This document shows positions 13,001 to 26,200 of a DNA stretch of 64,000 nucleotides, one piece after another; within the stretch, counting starts at the first letter, position 1; each line of letters starts with the position of its first letter. A program made the position numbers and the translations under genes. The stretch spans positions 31,034,912-31,098,911 of the forward strand of contig NC_092675.1 in NCBI RefSeq assembly GCF_964355755.1, written 5' to 3'. The DNA comes from Antedon mediterranea. Lineage: Eukaryota > Animalia > Echinodermata. Under the pieces are notes generated by a model. That model was not told the DNA's origin. It saw only the letters and a list, made by a program, of their open reading frames with translations, and searched no databases.

Positions 13001-16000
13001 CCAGAAGGTGCACGTAACCTTAAACCTACACCAGCAGCAGGTAAATTCATTTTTTTTTCTATTCATGATAATCATAATAATCAGCATAGTTTTCATAATT
13101 ATATTTGTTATTTGCTATATACCAATTTATATTTTAGTATTTTGGATTAAAATGTCACAATGTTAAATTTCATTTGTATTCCAACAAGGGAAATGGTGTG
13201 AAGACAAAAGGTGCTATTGTTTCAGTAAAGATGAAATAGCACAAATGAAGGAAGAGGAAAAGAAAATAGGAAAAGGTGGTTTTGGTACTGTCTACAAAGG
13301 TAATTTCTGATGAATTAGAATTTCTTTTGTTTGTTGTGGTAGGCCCTATGCTGTATGACGTCAAGCATGGAGGTATTCATGACGTCAAGTGTAGTAGTTT
13401 TGTGAAAAGACACAAATAAGGGTGAATATAACATCAGTTTGTATAATGTTCCACAGGCTGAATATATTTAGATTTTACTCAACATTCAGAGTCAATGTTC
13501 TTTCATTGTAATACTATTTAAAGATGGTAAAAAGTAATTAATAATGTTTACCTTTCTAGGACGTTTGACACTACCTTCTGGGCAAGAAACTACAGTAGCT
13601 ATTAAAGAATACTCTGAAGACATAGCTAAATTTACAGGACAAGGGGACATACAATTTGAAAAAGTATGATAAAAATTATAACTTTTAGAGGAAGATGAAT
13701 CTTCCTGGTAATGGGAGAATTATTAGAAAAATAAGGCTTTTGATTTTTAATACAGAATTTTATTCAATTTCGAACAAATTCAGAAAACAATTACACAAAC
13801 AAATTTTAGTTCTAATCTAATTTATTTTAGGAATTATACGCTGTAGATATATCAAAGCATTGTTTTGCAGTGACAGTTATTGGGTACTGTCTTGATGGAA
13901 AGTAAGTAATTTGCATTTAATATTTAAAGACCCCTTTATTACGTTTTGTAAAAATAATGCATATATATTACTTTAAAAACATTAAACCAGATCATTCCTT
14001 GGCTTAAATTTTTATGGTAAATCGATTGAAAGTGTGTGAATTACAGGATAAAACCAAAAATGCATGTTGGGATTTATAGCGGGCCGCTAAAAGATTAGAA
14101 TCAACTTATTTTTCACATTTTTAAACGTTTAAAGACGAAAAAAGTTATCTCAATAGGACCATATAGTATTTATTTTTACATTAAATGTAGTTTGTGACCT
14201 TAAATTAGATCTAAAAAAACGTAGGGAAGGGGTCTTTCAAGAGTAATACATTATTTTAACATATTTTCTATTAATTTTCTTTATTTTGAATTAGTAATTA
14301 CTTCATGTTTGCCTCTGTTGTTCAAATAAATAAATAAATTTCTATAAATGCTAAAAAATCTATATGTTTATAATTTGAATAAAATACCCTGTACCCTGTT
14401 TTATGGCTATTCATTTCTTTCATAATACCATGTAATTTTAATGTTTACACACATTTATTTTTCTTTCTTTAGATACAAAGCACTTGTTTACCCATATATG
14501 GAGAAAGGAGATTTAAAAAGGCTCATTGATGATCGTAACCCTGCCTTGACATGGCGAGTCAGACTGTGTATTCTACATCAGATCTGTCGTGCCATGTGTC
14601 ATTTTCACAACTCTTTCAAAAAAAGAAATGGGTAAGTATACAGTCAACTCTCCTAATACCGGACACCTTTGTCTGGTATTGGGAATGTGTTTTTAATGGT
14701 AGAAATGAATTGGTATTGGGAGATTTGACTGTATTAAAAAAAAAATGTTAAACATTCACTAAAGAAAAAATTATTTAGTGAATACTCAAATTATTATTAT
14801 TATTATTTATTTTAATATATCCACAAATCACAGAAAACAAACTGAATTGCTTGGGATTTACATAACACAATAAAAATTGCACACATCAATATACACATAT
14901 AAAGACAAAAACAAATTTACCAATTAGATATCAAAAATATATGGTTGAAGAATTATTTTTAAATTACTAATTATAAAAATTATACTAATGTTTAAATGTA
15001 TGTATTTTTATATTTATATATTTGCAGCCAAGATGTTATACATGGAGATATTAAAGATGACAATATATTTGTTGACAACAATTTTAATGCTTTCTTGGGA
15101 GATTTTGGTGTAGCAGAAGAAATAGCAGAAGAGCATACACACATTACAAGAATACAGGATGCATGTGCTCTTGGTTACAAAGACCCAGACAACATTGGGC
15201 ATTTTACTCGATTATCTGATATCTTTCAGTTTGGAGTCTGTAAGTTTTTAAATTTTAGCTATTATAAATAGTATATTCCTGTATGGCATGGCAGCAATGA
15301 TAGGTTTGTATATTTGTTCTTGCAGTAATGTTTCGCTGCCTTACAAGTAAACCTGTCCACCAGAAAGATGAAGGTTCAGAGTGTGAATCTTTAGCATCTT
15401 TGAAAGAGACACATGTAAAAGAAAATTGTGACGAGCTTTGTAACTTCATAGATAAAGTATGTGGGATGTTTAATAATAATAATAACATTTGTTTCCACAA
15501 ATTATAGAGCAACATACAGAGTAACAATATAAATATACAACCAATAATTAGTATTAATACTGTACATCAACAAAATAACTTATGTTCATGAATATTGATA
15601 TTCGTCAATTTTTATTTCATCTGTAGCAGATTTGTGTTTGTTGATGATTAAATAAATGATAATTTTTAAAGTCCAATTAAAGGTAGACTGTCTTTTATCC
15701 TTATTTTCTCTCATCTTTACAATGGAAAGTTTTTTGTGTTTTTGGAAATTGCTATATTTATAGCAAAAATGGTACGTTCTCTTATTATATCCATTGTTTA
15801 CTTTTCAGGAAATCTGGAAAGGCAAAGATGATATAGCAAAAGAACTTGCATGCTTTGTGGTTGAAAGATGTTTGGTCAGAAAAAGGTCTGGAAAGAAGAG
15901 ATGCTCTTTTGAAGACATATTTACATTGCTAGATGTAAGTAAGAACATTGAAAATAAAACAAGCCTTACCTGTATAATGAAGTTTGATTACCATATCAGC

Positions 16001-16639
16001 ATTGGCACTTCAGGGTTAGAGGGAGAGGCAAGCCTGTAACCAAGATTAGCCACGACTACCCTTTCAATACATTTTCAAACTTTGATTGATGTTTATAACA
16101 GTAATAATAGGAAAATATTTTTAAAATATCAACATTTTGTAAATTATTTAAAAGATCCAAGCCTTTATACTAGGAAGCCTGTTTAGTAGTAAACTACTGT
16201 TCTCCCACAGTGCTCAGTATAACATATAACAAAAGCAAAAGCCTCCTGTATACACATCCTTTGTGATCCTACTACCTTTTAAGATTCTATGATTTCAGGT
16301 TGTTGTGTCAAACTGTAGTTTCTCTTAATGTTTTGTTTCCTTTCAGAAACACATGAAGAAAGAGGACATTCCACCATTTTCAAACCCTGATGATACAATG
16401 TGCGTTTGCTGCCGAATACAGAAACCCATTGATTGTGAGCAATTTTGTTTATTATATTTTTATGTGTTCATCTTGTAACATTTCACAATTAGATTTTGTT
16501 GTTTTGTTCAAGAAGGATACTTTGAGCTGAACTCTTTTTTTAATCTTTAGTTGACCCTAACTGTGGTTGCCACTTCAGATGTCCAGAATGTCTTCACAAC
16601 AGCAGCCTGTCTTGCCCATGTACAGCTGAAAACCAGTAG
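10047..16639 (+). CDS. Tandem-DED / RHIM-like / IRAK(Pelle)-type non-RD Ser/Thr kinase / RING-like protein
   Basis: GT-AG exons joining in frame: 10047-10587 (two DEDs; GRLDL, SFMFL), 11093-11144, 11782-11846, 12181-12246 (YKISGDHNIIVIGSSSANI), 12352-12702, 12963-13040, 13189-13299 (IGKGGFGTVYKG), 13560-13663 (VAIK), 13831-13901, 14473-14631 (LVYPYMEKGDL), 15028-15239 (HGDIKDDN, DFG, GYKDPD, SDIFQFGV), 15326-15456, 15809-15934, 16347-16434 (CVCC), 16551-16639 (CGCHFRCPEC..CPC, TAG). Confidence 0.85.
13928..14236. mobile_element. Internally deleted Kolobok-like element in a kinase intron
   Basis: Both ends match the 21766-22391 element. Confidence 0.7.
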
Positions 16640-17904
16640 ATACTCCATGATGGAACTGATGTTCAAATTGGGTATTTTTTTGTAAATATAAGTATACTTA
16701 AAATAACCACTCAGTATTCTCCCAAACGGTGGCTCCCAACTGGATTTTAAAATGGTGTAAGATAATAAAACTATTCTACTTCATTTTACAAGGATTAAAT
16801 ACCAATCAGCCTATGCTGTGTCAATTTGATTGATAGAGATATTTTAGTCTTTTTGTACTGTACATCTTAAATATTGTAACTGTACTTATATTGTCTAAAT
16901 TTGGGAAATGCTGCTATTGTACTGTAATATCTGAAAATATATAAAATAGCTCACTATTGAAGAGCTTATTATTTGTGACAAATACTATATAAAAATTAAA
17001 TTTTGTAAATCCTGTAGTGTATTTCACCATTATACTACAGTAGTGTATGTAAAATTAGTCAATTTACTCGGTAAAAGATAATCTTACAAAAATCAATGAA
17101 AAGAATCGAATAAAGATTATTTGACAGATCTTGATCTATATATAAAATAGATTGTACAAATCACATTTTAATTAATTCCTGCAGTCAATTATTATGTAAA
17201 GGGTTTTTTTTAAACAATCAACATTCCATACTAGAATTGGATTTAATGTGTCAATAGCCAAATGAGGCTGTGTTACTGATAAAATTTAATCGGTAATTAA
17301 ACGATAAAGTTCATGTGGAAACAGTTTATAACCATTAATTATCTCATTCGAATTTAACAGATAATTATCTCATTCAAATCAGATAGTTTATACAATAACT
17401 AAAATACATTTTAACCTTTGACCTGAAGGACAATTGCTGTAATTGATCATGAACATTTGACTTATCTGATTTATTAAAAGATTAACCAATAATGTTTTAA
17501 TGGCTTTATAAACAAAGATAATACAGTAATATTGATTTATACATTGATTGTACTTATTTATTTATTTTTATTTTATTTTATTTTATTTTATGTCTTTAAA
17601 TTATTTTGTATTAATATTTGTCCTCAGTGAGGAAATTCGGATTAGGCCCTCCACGGACCCACGGCAGCCAGCAGTGCAGCGCCTACCAGATTAGGCAATG
17701 AGAGTAAAGCATCTTGCCTAAGGATGCAATTAGTATGATAACCTCGAACCCATGCCTATCACATGCTAGTCCGATATTACCATTACACCATCACTCTCCA
17801 GTATATACAGCACCCGCCACGATTTCTAGATGGTCTCCCATCCAGAACGCAACCGGGCCAATCACTGTCCTATCAGATAGGTGGTAATCCCCCTGATACA
17901 GAGG

Positions 17905-18150
17905 CTATTGTGTGAACCAGTTCACCGGGGTAAACCCCTACTCTTTTTCGAATAATGAACTGGGTTCTTTAAAGTACACACAGGTTATAACTGTGTACAC
18001 TGGACCTACGGTTTATAGTCCTTATCCGAGAAGACTTGTTCCACCACCAGAACTAGGAGCGAGTCGGCCTCGAACCCTTGCCGATGTTGTTGTTGGCTCT
18101 TTAGGTACGATAAACGGCGCCCCTGCCTTAACCGCTCGGCCATATGACTC
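17905..18150 (-). mobile_element. tRNA-derived SINE (Deu/Nin-like central domain)
   Basis: Reverse-complement similarity to 41096-41410 (cttctcggataaggactataaaccgtaggtccagtgtacac); A-box tggccgagcggttaag and B-box ggttcga on the - strand. Confidence 0.75.
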
Positions 18151-19464
18151 GATACTTAATACATTTTTAAACAGCACGGTACGTTTTAAAAATACTACAG
18201 TCGAATGAATGTATTTTTAATGATTTGTTTTATTTGCTAAATTGTTAATAAAAGTATGATTTTATAATTTCAAAATATATAGCAAGGACTATACATGTTT
18301 TGATACAGAGTACAAATATATTTATATGTGTATTTAATGTGAACATGCAATGTTGACTTCTGTTTAAAATCATTGATATATACTTTGAATAAATTGTGAA
18401 CCATTTTTTTTGTTGATAATGTATCATGATACATTTTCTATGAAATTAATAATAAATTCATTAATTCATGAAACTGATGTGTTACTAATTTATTTTCTTT
18501 ATTAATTTATATTGCAATTTTTGTATGCAATTGGACTTTACCGTTGAGTACTTTACTTAACAAAAAGTTTCCAATTGAATATGACAATTGGCAACTCAAT
18601 AATCTGTATAATGGTCTACAGTATTTTAAAGAGAACAGCAGTCTACTCAAAAATATATCACAGATTTTGGATTATTAGTGGTGCAATAATAGAAATTCAT
18701 CTTTCAGTACGTATTGTTCAGAAATCTCCATGTGAACCCATTTGAACCAGGACATGGGAAAAAAAGTCACCAGAACAATGTATTGACATTTTAATTTATC
18801 GGTAATTATATCACACAAATATACAGTTTTATTTAGATCTAAAAATAAATTCACGTGTGACGTATGTACTCTCTTTTTTCTAAGAAGAAGAGAAAAAAGA
18901 TAAACTAATCGCACCAGAGTGTGCATGATGCCACCAACGTCTCCGATCATATCCACACCAGACGTCAGCCGGCCACCAGGATCAGGAGAGAGAACACTAA
19001 AAATGAAATCGCGATGATTTTTTGTGCGATGGGACGACGATGTGAGGAAAAGGTTGACTAGCTAGGATGGACTGATAAATAAATGTAATAAATCTAGCGC
19101 CGAGGTAAATAAAGTATTATCACTGAGCATAAATCTAGTCCCTAGAAGTAAGGCCTAGTACTACTTGTAAGTAGGCGAGACCTACAGAACTGAGGCTAGG
19201 GCCTAGGCCTAGCTAGGCCTCTACGTCGTAGGGGATTTGTCCGTCGTAGGAGAACCGGAGAAACTCGAGAGTAGACGAGGAGTGCTGCTGCAAGCCTAGC
19301 TAGGACTAGCCTACTCTAGGTCCCTAGTACTAGGCCTGCTTTCTATTATTACTGCACGGCCTAGGCTAGACCCTCTGGAGGTAGATTTAGGGACCATACA
19401 TTACATCATTATAGAAATGGTTTGTACATCTTATTTGGTTTTTACATGTTATTAATTACTTAGC

Positions 19465-19803
19465 CAAGTTAAGAAAAATAATGGAAGATAACTCACACCC
19501 ATTAAATAAATATGTTGTTAATAAATCAGGTAGAATTTGTCCTTTAATGTGCAATACCACTCGATGTAGGAAATCATTTGTCCAAAACTCTATTCATGTT
19601 AAATTCCAACTCAACATTTCAAAGATAGTTGTTGTTTTTATTCCTTCTGTAAATATAACTTGTTTACTTTATAGTTTTAATGTATTGTATTGATATTTTT
19701 AATGTTTTATACATTGTATGTGTTTTTAAGCATCAAGGAAAACCAATTTTATGTTCGCCTTATTGTGTTTATGACATTGACAATAAAGATTTATCTTATC
19801 TTA
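19465..19803 (+). mobile_element. 3' fragment of a Rex1/L2-like LINE
   Basis: Remnant IMEDNSHPL..SGR..TTR.RKSF and a gacaataaag..(tctta)n tail like that of the 21608-23207 LINE. Confidence 0.6.
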
Positions 19804-20249
19804 TTTAACAAGTTATAACTTATTTTATTAAATCACAGTTTAGTTTCGGAACTCAGTATCCGTAAGAAGACCTTAAACTTATTTTCACAAGAACTGATGA
19901 TTTGGGACCTGACCTACTTTTAAAACAAAATTTACATTTTCATTTCATTTACATACATTAAAGAGTAACATGTAACTATCTTTACCAATACAATACTATT
20001 AATATGTATAACACCATGTGGATTTTAAATACTAATTCTTCCTATAAAATTCTATTTTGTGTCGAATCGTCGCTCAGATCACCATTGAACCTATTTTTGT
20101 TGACTACTGTAGCAAGGTTACAACTAGCTCATTATGCTTGGTTCGGTCACTGAGAAGTACTTACTTTATTGAATGTGGTACCAACATTGTATTTTTGTTA
20201 TAACGTAGATAAATTGAAATGTACTCTCTTATAGATCTCTTGTAAAGAC

Positions 20250-23200
20250 ATGAAGAAGATGATGATGTTATTACCATTCCAAGTCGTTTTTGTAACAACC
20301 ATTCTGATTGGTTACTTAACAAGTCATTGCAAAGGTAACCCTTTTATTTTTTAAACATTATTTTTAAAATGTTTAATCCGTATCTTATAATAGAATGTTA
20401 GTATAGATGTTTTTAGCTGTGAATATTACCACATCATTTCATTTATGATGTCTATTTATGCATAATAAGAAATAAGCAATGAAAGGAAACACATAACATG
20501 TGTGTTTGTTCATTTTGAATTCATAATGGTACAGGGTAACAATAAAGCTCTGTCTACACTATCAAACTTTATGTGAAAAAAAAAAATGTGTCCATGTATA
20601 TAAACATGATGATGTCATATCACTACCATATTTGGGCACATCACAATAAAAAGAAACACATACTGTAGCAAAAAGAAAATGTGTGTTTGTTCATTTTTTA
20701 TCAATGATTATGGTACAGGTAATAACAACTATAAACAGTGAATATGACAATAAAAAAAACAAAGCCCAATAAAACAAAATTGTGTTCTTAACTTAATTTT
20801 AAGTAATTGAATATGTGCACTAATATAATAACAACAGATATTATTTTTTAAAGAGTTAACAAAGATAATTATTCAAGTTGGCTATCTAGCTCATTCCAAA
20901 GTTTGTGAAATCAATGATGATATCAGAGGGCTTGTAGTACATGATGAAATATGGTTGAAAAACAACCGACACAACAGAATTGTGAAATTTAACCACTTTG
21001 AGAAATAAAAATAGTAAAATATGCGTCGTAATGGAGCCAAATGTGATTGAAAACTCGTAATATAGCAAGCACCGTCTTGAAATCATTGTTATTCACCAAA
21101 TGATGCTAATTGCAATCAATCACATCATGGTAATATTGTCTGATGATGAAGACGATTTTTAATTCAACCACCGTTGTTCAGACTAAATATTCACACAGAA
21201 TATACTTACAGAATCATGCTGTTGGATGTAGTTGAAATTAACAGAGCCTAATAAATAATATAAGTGAGATTGTTTTCTTCTTTTTTATTCTTGTGTATTT
21301 AATTAATGAAGATATGAATGGTGTTATCAATGTGATTCTAAGAAGGTTGTATAGACCATTCTAGGTTGGTAGTGTTATGCATTGTAAATAGGAATATTTA
21401 CTAAGCCAAATACTGTATTGTTTATACATTAAATACCAAACAAATTGAATAATATTTAAAGCTGACTAGTTCATAATGCATTATTTCATTTAATTTTAGG
21501 GCATTTTCATAATTCTATTTTTTATTTTGTTTGTTTTTATTTTTTTTATCCTCACATCATGTCATACAGTACATAAGGAAATCAAATATAAACATATATA
21601 AATATGAAAGAACACAGATTGTTAATTTTAGGGGTAGCGTATCTAAACAGTTAACTTGTAATACAGGTGCACCACAGGGATGCGTTCTCTCACCCTTACT
21701 TTTTTCATTATTTTATATTCTGATTTTTATAGTGATATTGATCCAAGTAAATCATTTAATGTTAAAGACCCCTTCCCTGCAATTTTGGACGTTTTTTGGA
21801 AAATAATACATATATATCACTTTAAAAACATTAAACCATGTCATTCCTTGTCTTAAATGTACGTTTTATGGTAAATTATGATAAAAAGTGAGAAACAATG
21901 CACTACCTAAGTAGCTCGCGGCGATCGACCTCTCGTGGACGGTCTTAGGCCTAGCCTAGCTAGGCTTAGTTTTGTAGGCCTAGCTGGTAAACATCGGTAA
22001 CGTACGAACATCGTACGCGAGCTATATACCTAGCCTGACGTTTTATAGTTGCTGCATTAATTGTCTTTCTATTTTTGCCAGACTCCGTTGATACAAATTG
22101 GGGAAAACCCGGTATTTTCGCTGAAAAGTTAGGAGTCTTCCATTTGTTTTGGCCTCACGATCGATCGAAAAGTGGGCGAATTACAGGTGAAAAACAAAAA
22201 TATCAATCCGCGCGCAATGCATTTTGGGATTTATAGCGGGCCGCTATAATTATTAGAATCGACTTATTTTTCACATTTTTAACCGTTTAAAGACCAAAAA
22301 AGTTATCGCAATAGGACCATATAGTATTATTTTTACATTAAATATAGTTTGTGATCTTAAATTAGATCTAAAAAACGTAGGGAATGGGGCTTTAAGTTTG
22401 CAGATGATACTTGCCTAGTTGGTTTAATTTCAAATAATAATACATCCCTGTTTAATGAATATGTTGAACAATTTGTAGTCTGGTGTAAACAAAATTTTCT
22501 TGAACTAAATGCCAAAAAAACTAAAGAGGTTATTGTCGATTTTAGAAGGAAAAATAAAACTAATCATGTAAATATTGAAATAGATAATGAAATCGTTGAA
22601 ATAGTAGAAAGTCATAAGTACTAGGGATTAATAATTGATAATAAACTAAATTGGGAGAGCAACACTAAAGAACTCCGTACCAAGGCTTATAAGAGAATGT
22701 ACTTTATATACAAAATGAAACGGTTTAATGTTAGTTCTCATCTCATTCATATGTTTTATTCCTCTGTTGTTCAATCAATCATTTCTTATTGTATTATTGT
22801 TTGGTTTTCTCATATCAATGTAAACAGTAAAAGTCAAATTCAGAGATTAGTAAACAAGGCCAGCAGAGTTATCGGTGTAGAAGTGAAACCTTTAGATGAA
22901 ATGTTTAATACATTCATACTTCAGAAATTTGACCACAATTATGCAAGACCCATCACACCCATTACATTCGGACATCATTATAAGTAGATCAGGAAGGGTT
23001 AGACTGACACAGAAAAAAATATCCACAAACAGTTTCAGATTTTCACCAATGTACATTTTAACAAAAACTTTTCAAGATAGTCACTTGTATCATTTGTATT
23101 TATTTATATAGTTATCACATCGTATTATTTATTCTACTCCGGTACAAAACATCTCGAAATTGTTAACAATTTTGACAATAAAGTTATCTTGTATCTTGTA

Positions 23201-26200
23201 TCTTGTAAAAATTGAACAAAACGTAATAACAAAAATATAATAGATGTTCCTCTCATAATTTATTATATCAAAAATTCTTTTAAAAAAAGCCATTGTTATA
23301 TTTGGTACTGTACAGCGTCTTGAGACTATACCATCATCCTATAATGACCTTTAAATACTTAGGAATGGTAATTTAAATGGTTTGTTTATATTAGTTTGCA
23401 ACATTAGTTTCTTAATGAACAGTGATAGCATGATACAAACCAATAAAGGAGATAAGATTACATAATTTATTTTGGTCATTACTTGTTATGAGTTCAAGTA
23501 GAACCGTCTCAATAAAGACTACTAGGTAGAAGTAACATTTTTGAAGGGACTGTTTTTATTGACAATTGAAAGTACAAATTATTCTTCGAAAAACCTGTTT
23601 TGGTAGTTTTGTAAACTACCAAAACAGGTTAATTGAAAAGACTGCTAGCTACAGTGGTTTTAGTTTCATTATTCGTGGGCTAGTTTCCTTGTAATCCTGG
23701 GCTTGTTTCCTTGTTAAACTTCTTCCAATGAACAATTTACAATCTCAATTCATGTAGAATCTTGGACAAAGGTTTAAAGATTTTAGTTTATGGATTGAAA
23801 ATAATTTGATTTATTGGTATTAAATCCAAATATTCTTTTTAAACTTTGTTTTTTATTTTAAAGACATCAATGAATCATTCAAGATCCTCCTACTATACAT
23901 TGTAGTCAAGTTTAAGTTTCCATTATATATTATATTTGATTTTGATAATAAAAGGAATCTGTATCTTCATTTAGTTTCACTAAAGATCATTATTTTGATG
24001 AATGTGCAGGTTTTAATTGCAGTTAGTATGTACTTAAATGGTTTGTATGCTTTTTATTGATCATTGATTATTGCTTATTTCCTGGAAGATCAAACCAAAT
24101 TTGTTAGAGATTATTTTCCTGTAAACATACACTGGCATATTTTATGAGTCATTCTTCAGCATGGACATTATCAGTGTTTGAATAGATACAGTATATTAAC
24201 GTTTTCTGCCATTTTCTGTTTATAAATAAAAATAATTACATAAGGGCCTACAGGATTGAAGAAGCACTGTTGTTAACTATTATTTTAATTTAAAAAGTAC
24301 TAATAAATTGTAAATAGTGCCGTTAAATGGAATGGAAAGGAAAATTAAGGAATAAACAAAATAGATTGTAGTGCTATGTCTTCTTGAGTTGAGTTACTTA
24401 AATAGATTGTAGTGCTATGTCTTCTTGAGTTGAGTTACTTAAATAGATTGTAGTGCTACAGTATGTCTTCTTGAGTTGAGTTACTTAAATAGATTGTAGT
24501 GCTATGTATTCTTGAGTTGAGTTACTTGGTTTTATTTATAATAAGATGTCCCATTCAACGTTTCTAAAATTAGACTTTAATGAATTTTCATTTTGTTTTC
24601 ATTGTTTAATTTAAATTATATTTAATTAATATTCATGAAATCATTTGTAGACTGATAATAAATGTAATTAACATGGTAATGTTAAGTTCTAATTATGATA
24701 ATGTGATAATTTACATTTTAATTGCATACTTAACTTAAATATGATTATTATGCCATGGGCTAATGCAAATCATAATGTTTAATATTGTCATTCCTAATTT
24801 TAGACTTTTAGTTTGTGTTTATTGGTAAAACTAAGAATTATTACTGTATTTATTCAAATAAACACACAGGAGCGTTTGGATGGCATTTAATCGAGGGAGG
24901 TGTTTATTTTTAATATGTAATATGTATGAAATATATCAATGAATATATGAAATAAACACCCCTGGATATGAAACAAAATGCCTGGTAAATTGTAGATCAA
25001 TGACTTCTACTACAAATAAAAATGTGTTGTAATAATATTGTGAATAAATAAACTTCAAAATTTGGTTTTCTGGCCGGTTATTATTAGGTACTAATTTATA
25101 TCCATGCGGGAAAGATCTAAATTAGATGCTCTTTACATTTTGAACACTTTCTTAAAACACTATTTATTTCATTTTGTTTGTAGGTCAATCAGAATTAATA
25201 CTAGCAGTTGGAAATACTAACCCTCCTAGTTGTCCAGTGTATAATCATTCAAATGTATCTCCTGTGATCAAGGTGGATGATAAGTGCCAACTAAACCAGA
25301 CTGATTTCAAGATTATATTTTCCAAGCCTTATGAATGTCAAAGATATACTTTTAACGAAACTGTATGTAAATACATACGAGATGGTAAACTATATTTATT
25401 ATTATTTTAAAAATACCGTTGACCTTCTTATTTACATATACAGTTGACCTTCTCATTTACATACAGTTGACCTCATTTACATATACAGTTGACCTTCTTA
25501 TTTACATATACAGTTGACCTTCTCATTTACATATACAGTTGACCTTCTCATTTACATATACAGTTGACCTTATCATTTACATACAGTTGACCTCATTTAC
25601 ATATATAGTTGACCTATTTACATATATAGTTGACCTCATTTACATATTCAGTTGACCTTCTAATCTACATATCTCATTGCCTGAAAGCGGTAACTGAAAA
25701 GAAAGTTGATAAATAAGAAGTTGTGAAGTATTAAGTAATATAATAAATATTGAAATACAATTTTTTTCTTAATATAATTATATTGTTAACCTTAAATACC
25801 TACTGCAACAGTTTTCTACACAATCATATAAGCAACATTTGGACAAAATTTATAAATTACATCATCAATTACCGTTTGTAAAGTTGAAGGTTTGTAAAAT
25901 GAGAAGAGACACATTAATTAGTGTTTTTGACTTTCTCAGAATTTTGTTGAATAATAAGTTTCCGTCAGTTTCGGGTAATTATTTGATACAAAAAATAAAA
26001 TCTACTAGCTAACATCATCACAATTGCTAGCCATTTTCAACCCACTGGAAGGGGAAGGCCTCTCCAAGTTCTCACATAATTCCATAAATGTCTATTTTAT
26101 CCTAAAGCTTTGAATTAATTAATTTACTGTACATACTGTAGTCTATGATACTGGTCCATTTTACTATATGTTGCTATGTTTATTATGTGTCTTCCTTATT

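Noticed and set aside
16644-16673. Second RHIM-like VQIG (HDGTDVQIG)
   Set aside because: Lies after the TAG at 16637-16639, in the presumed 3' UTR.
23592-23630. Palindrome aacctgttttggtagttt..aaactaccaaaacaggtt as another P-type footprint
   Set aside because: No flanking direct repeat and no CA(G/T)GGAG start.
24079-24087. STAT/GAS site TTCCTGGAA in a receptor intron (also TTCCCAGAA at 31961)
   Set aside because: Short motif expected by chance; no supporting evidence.
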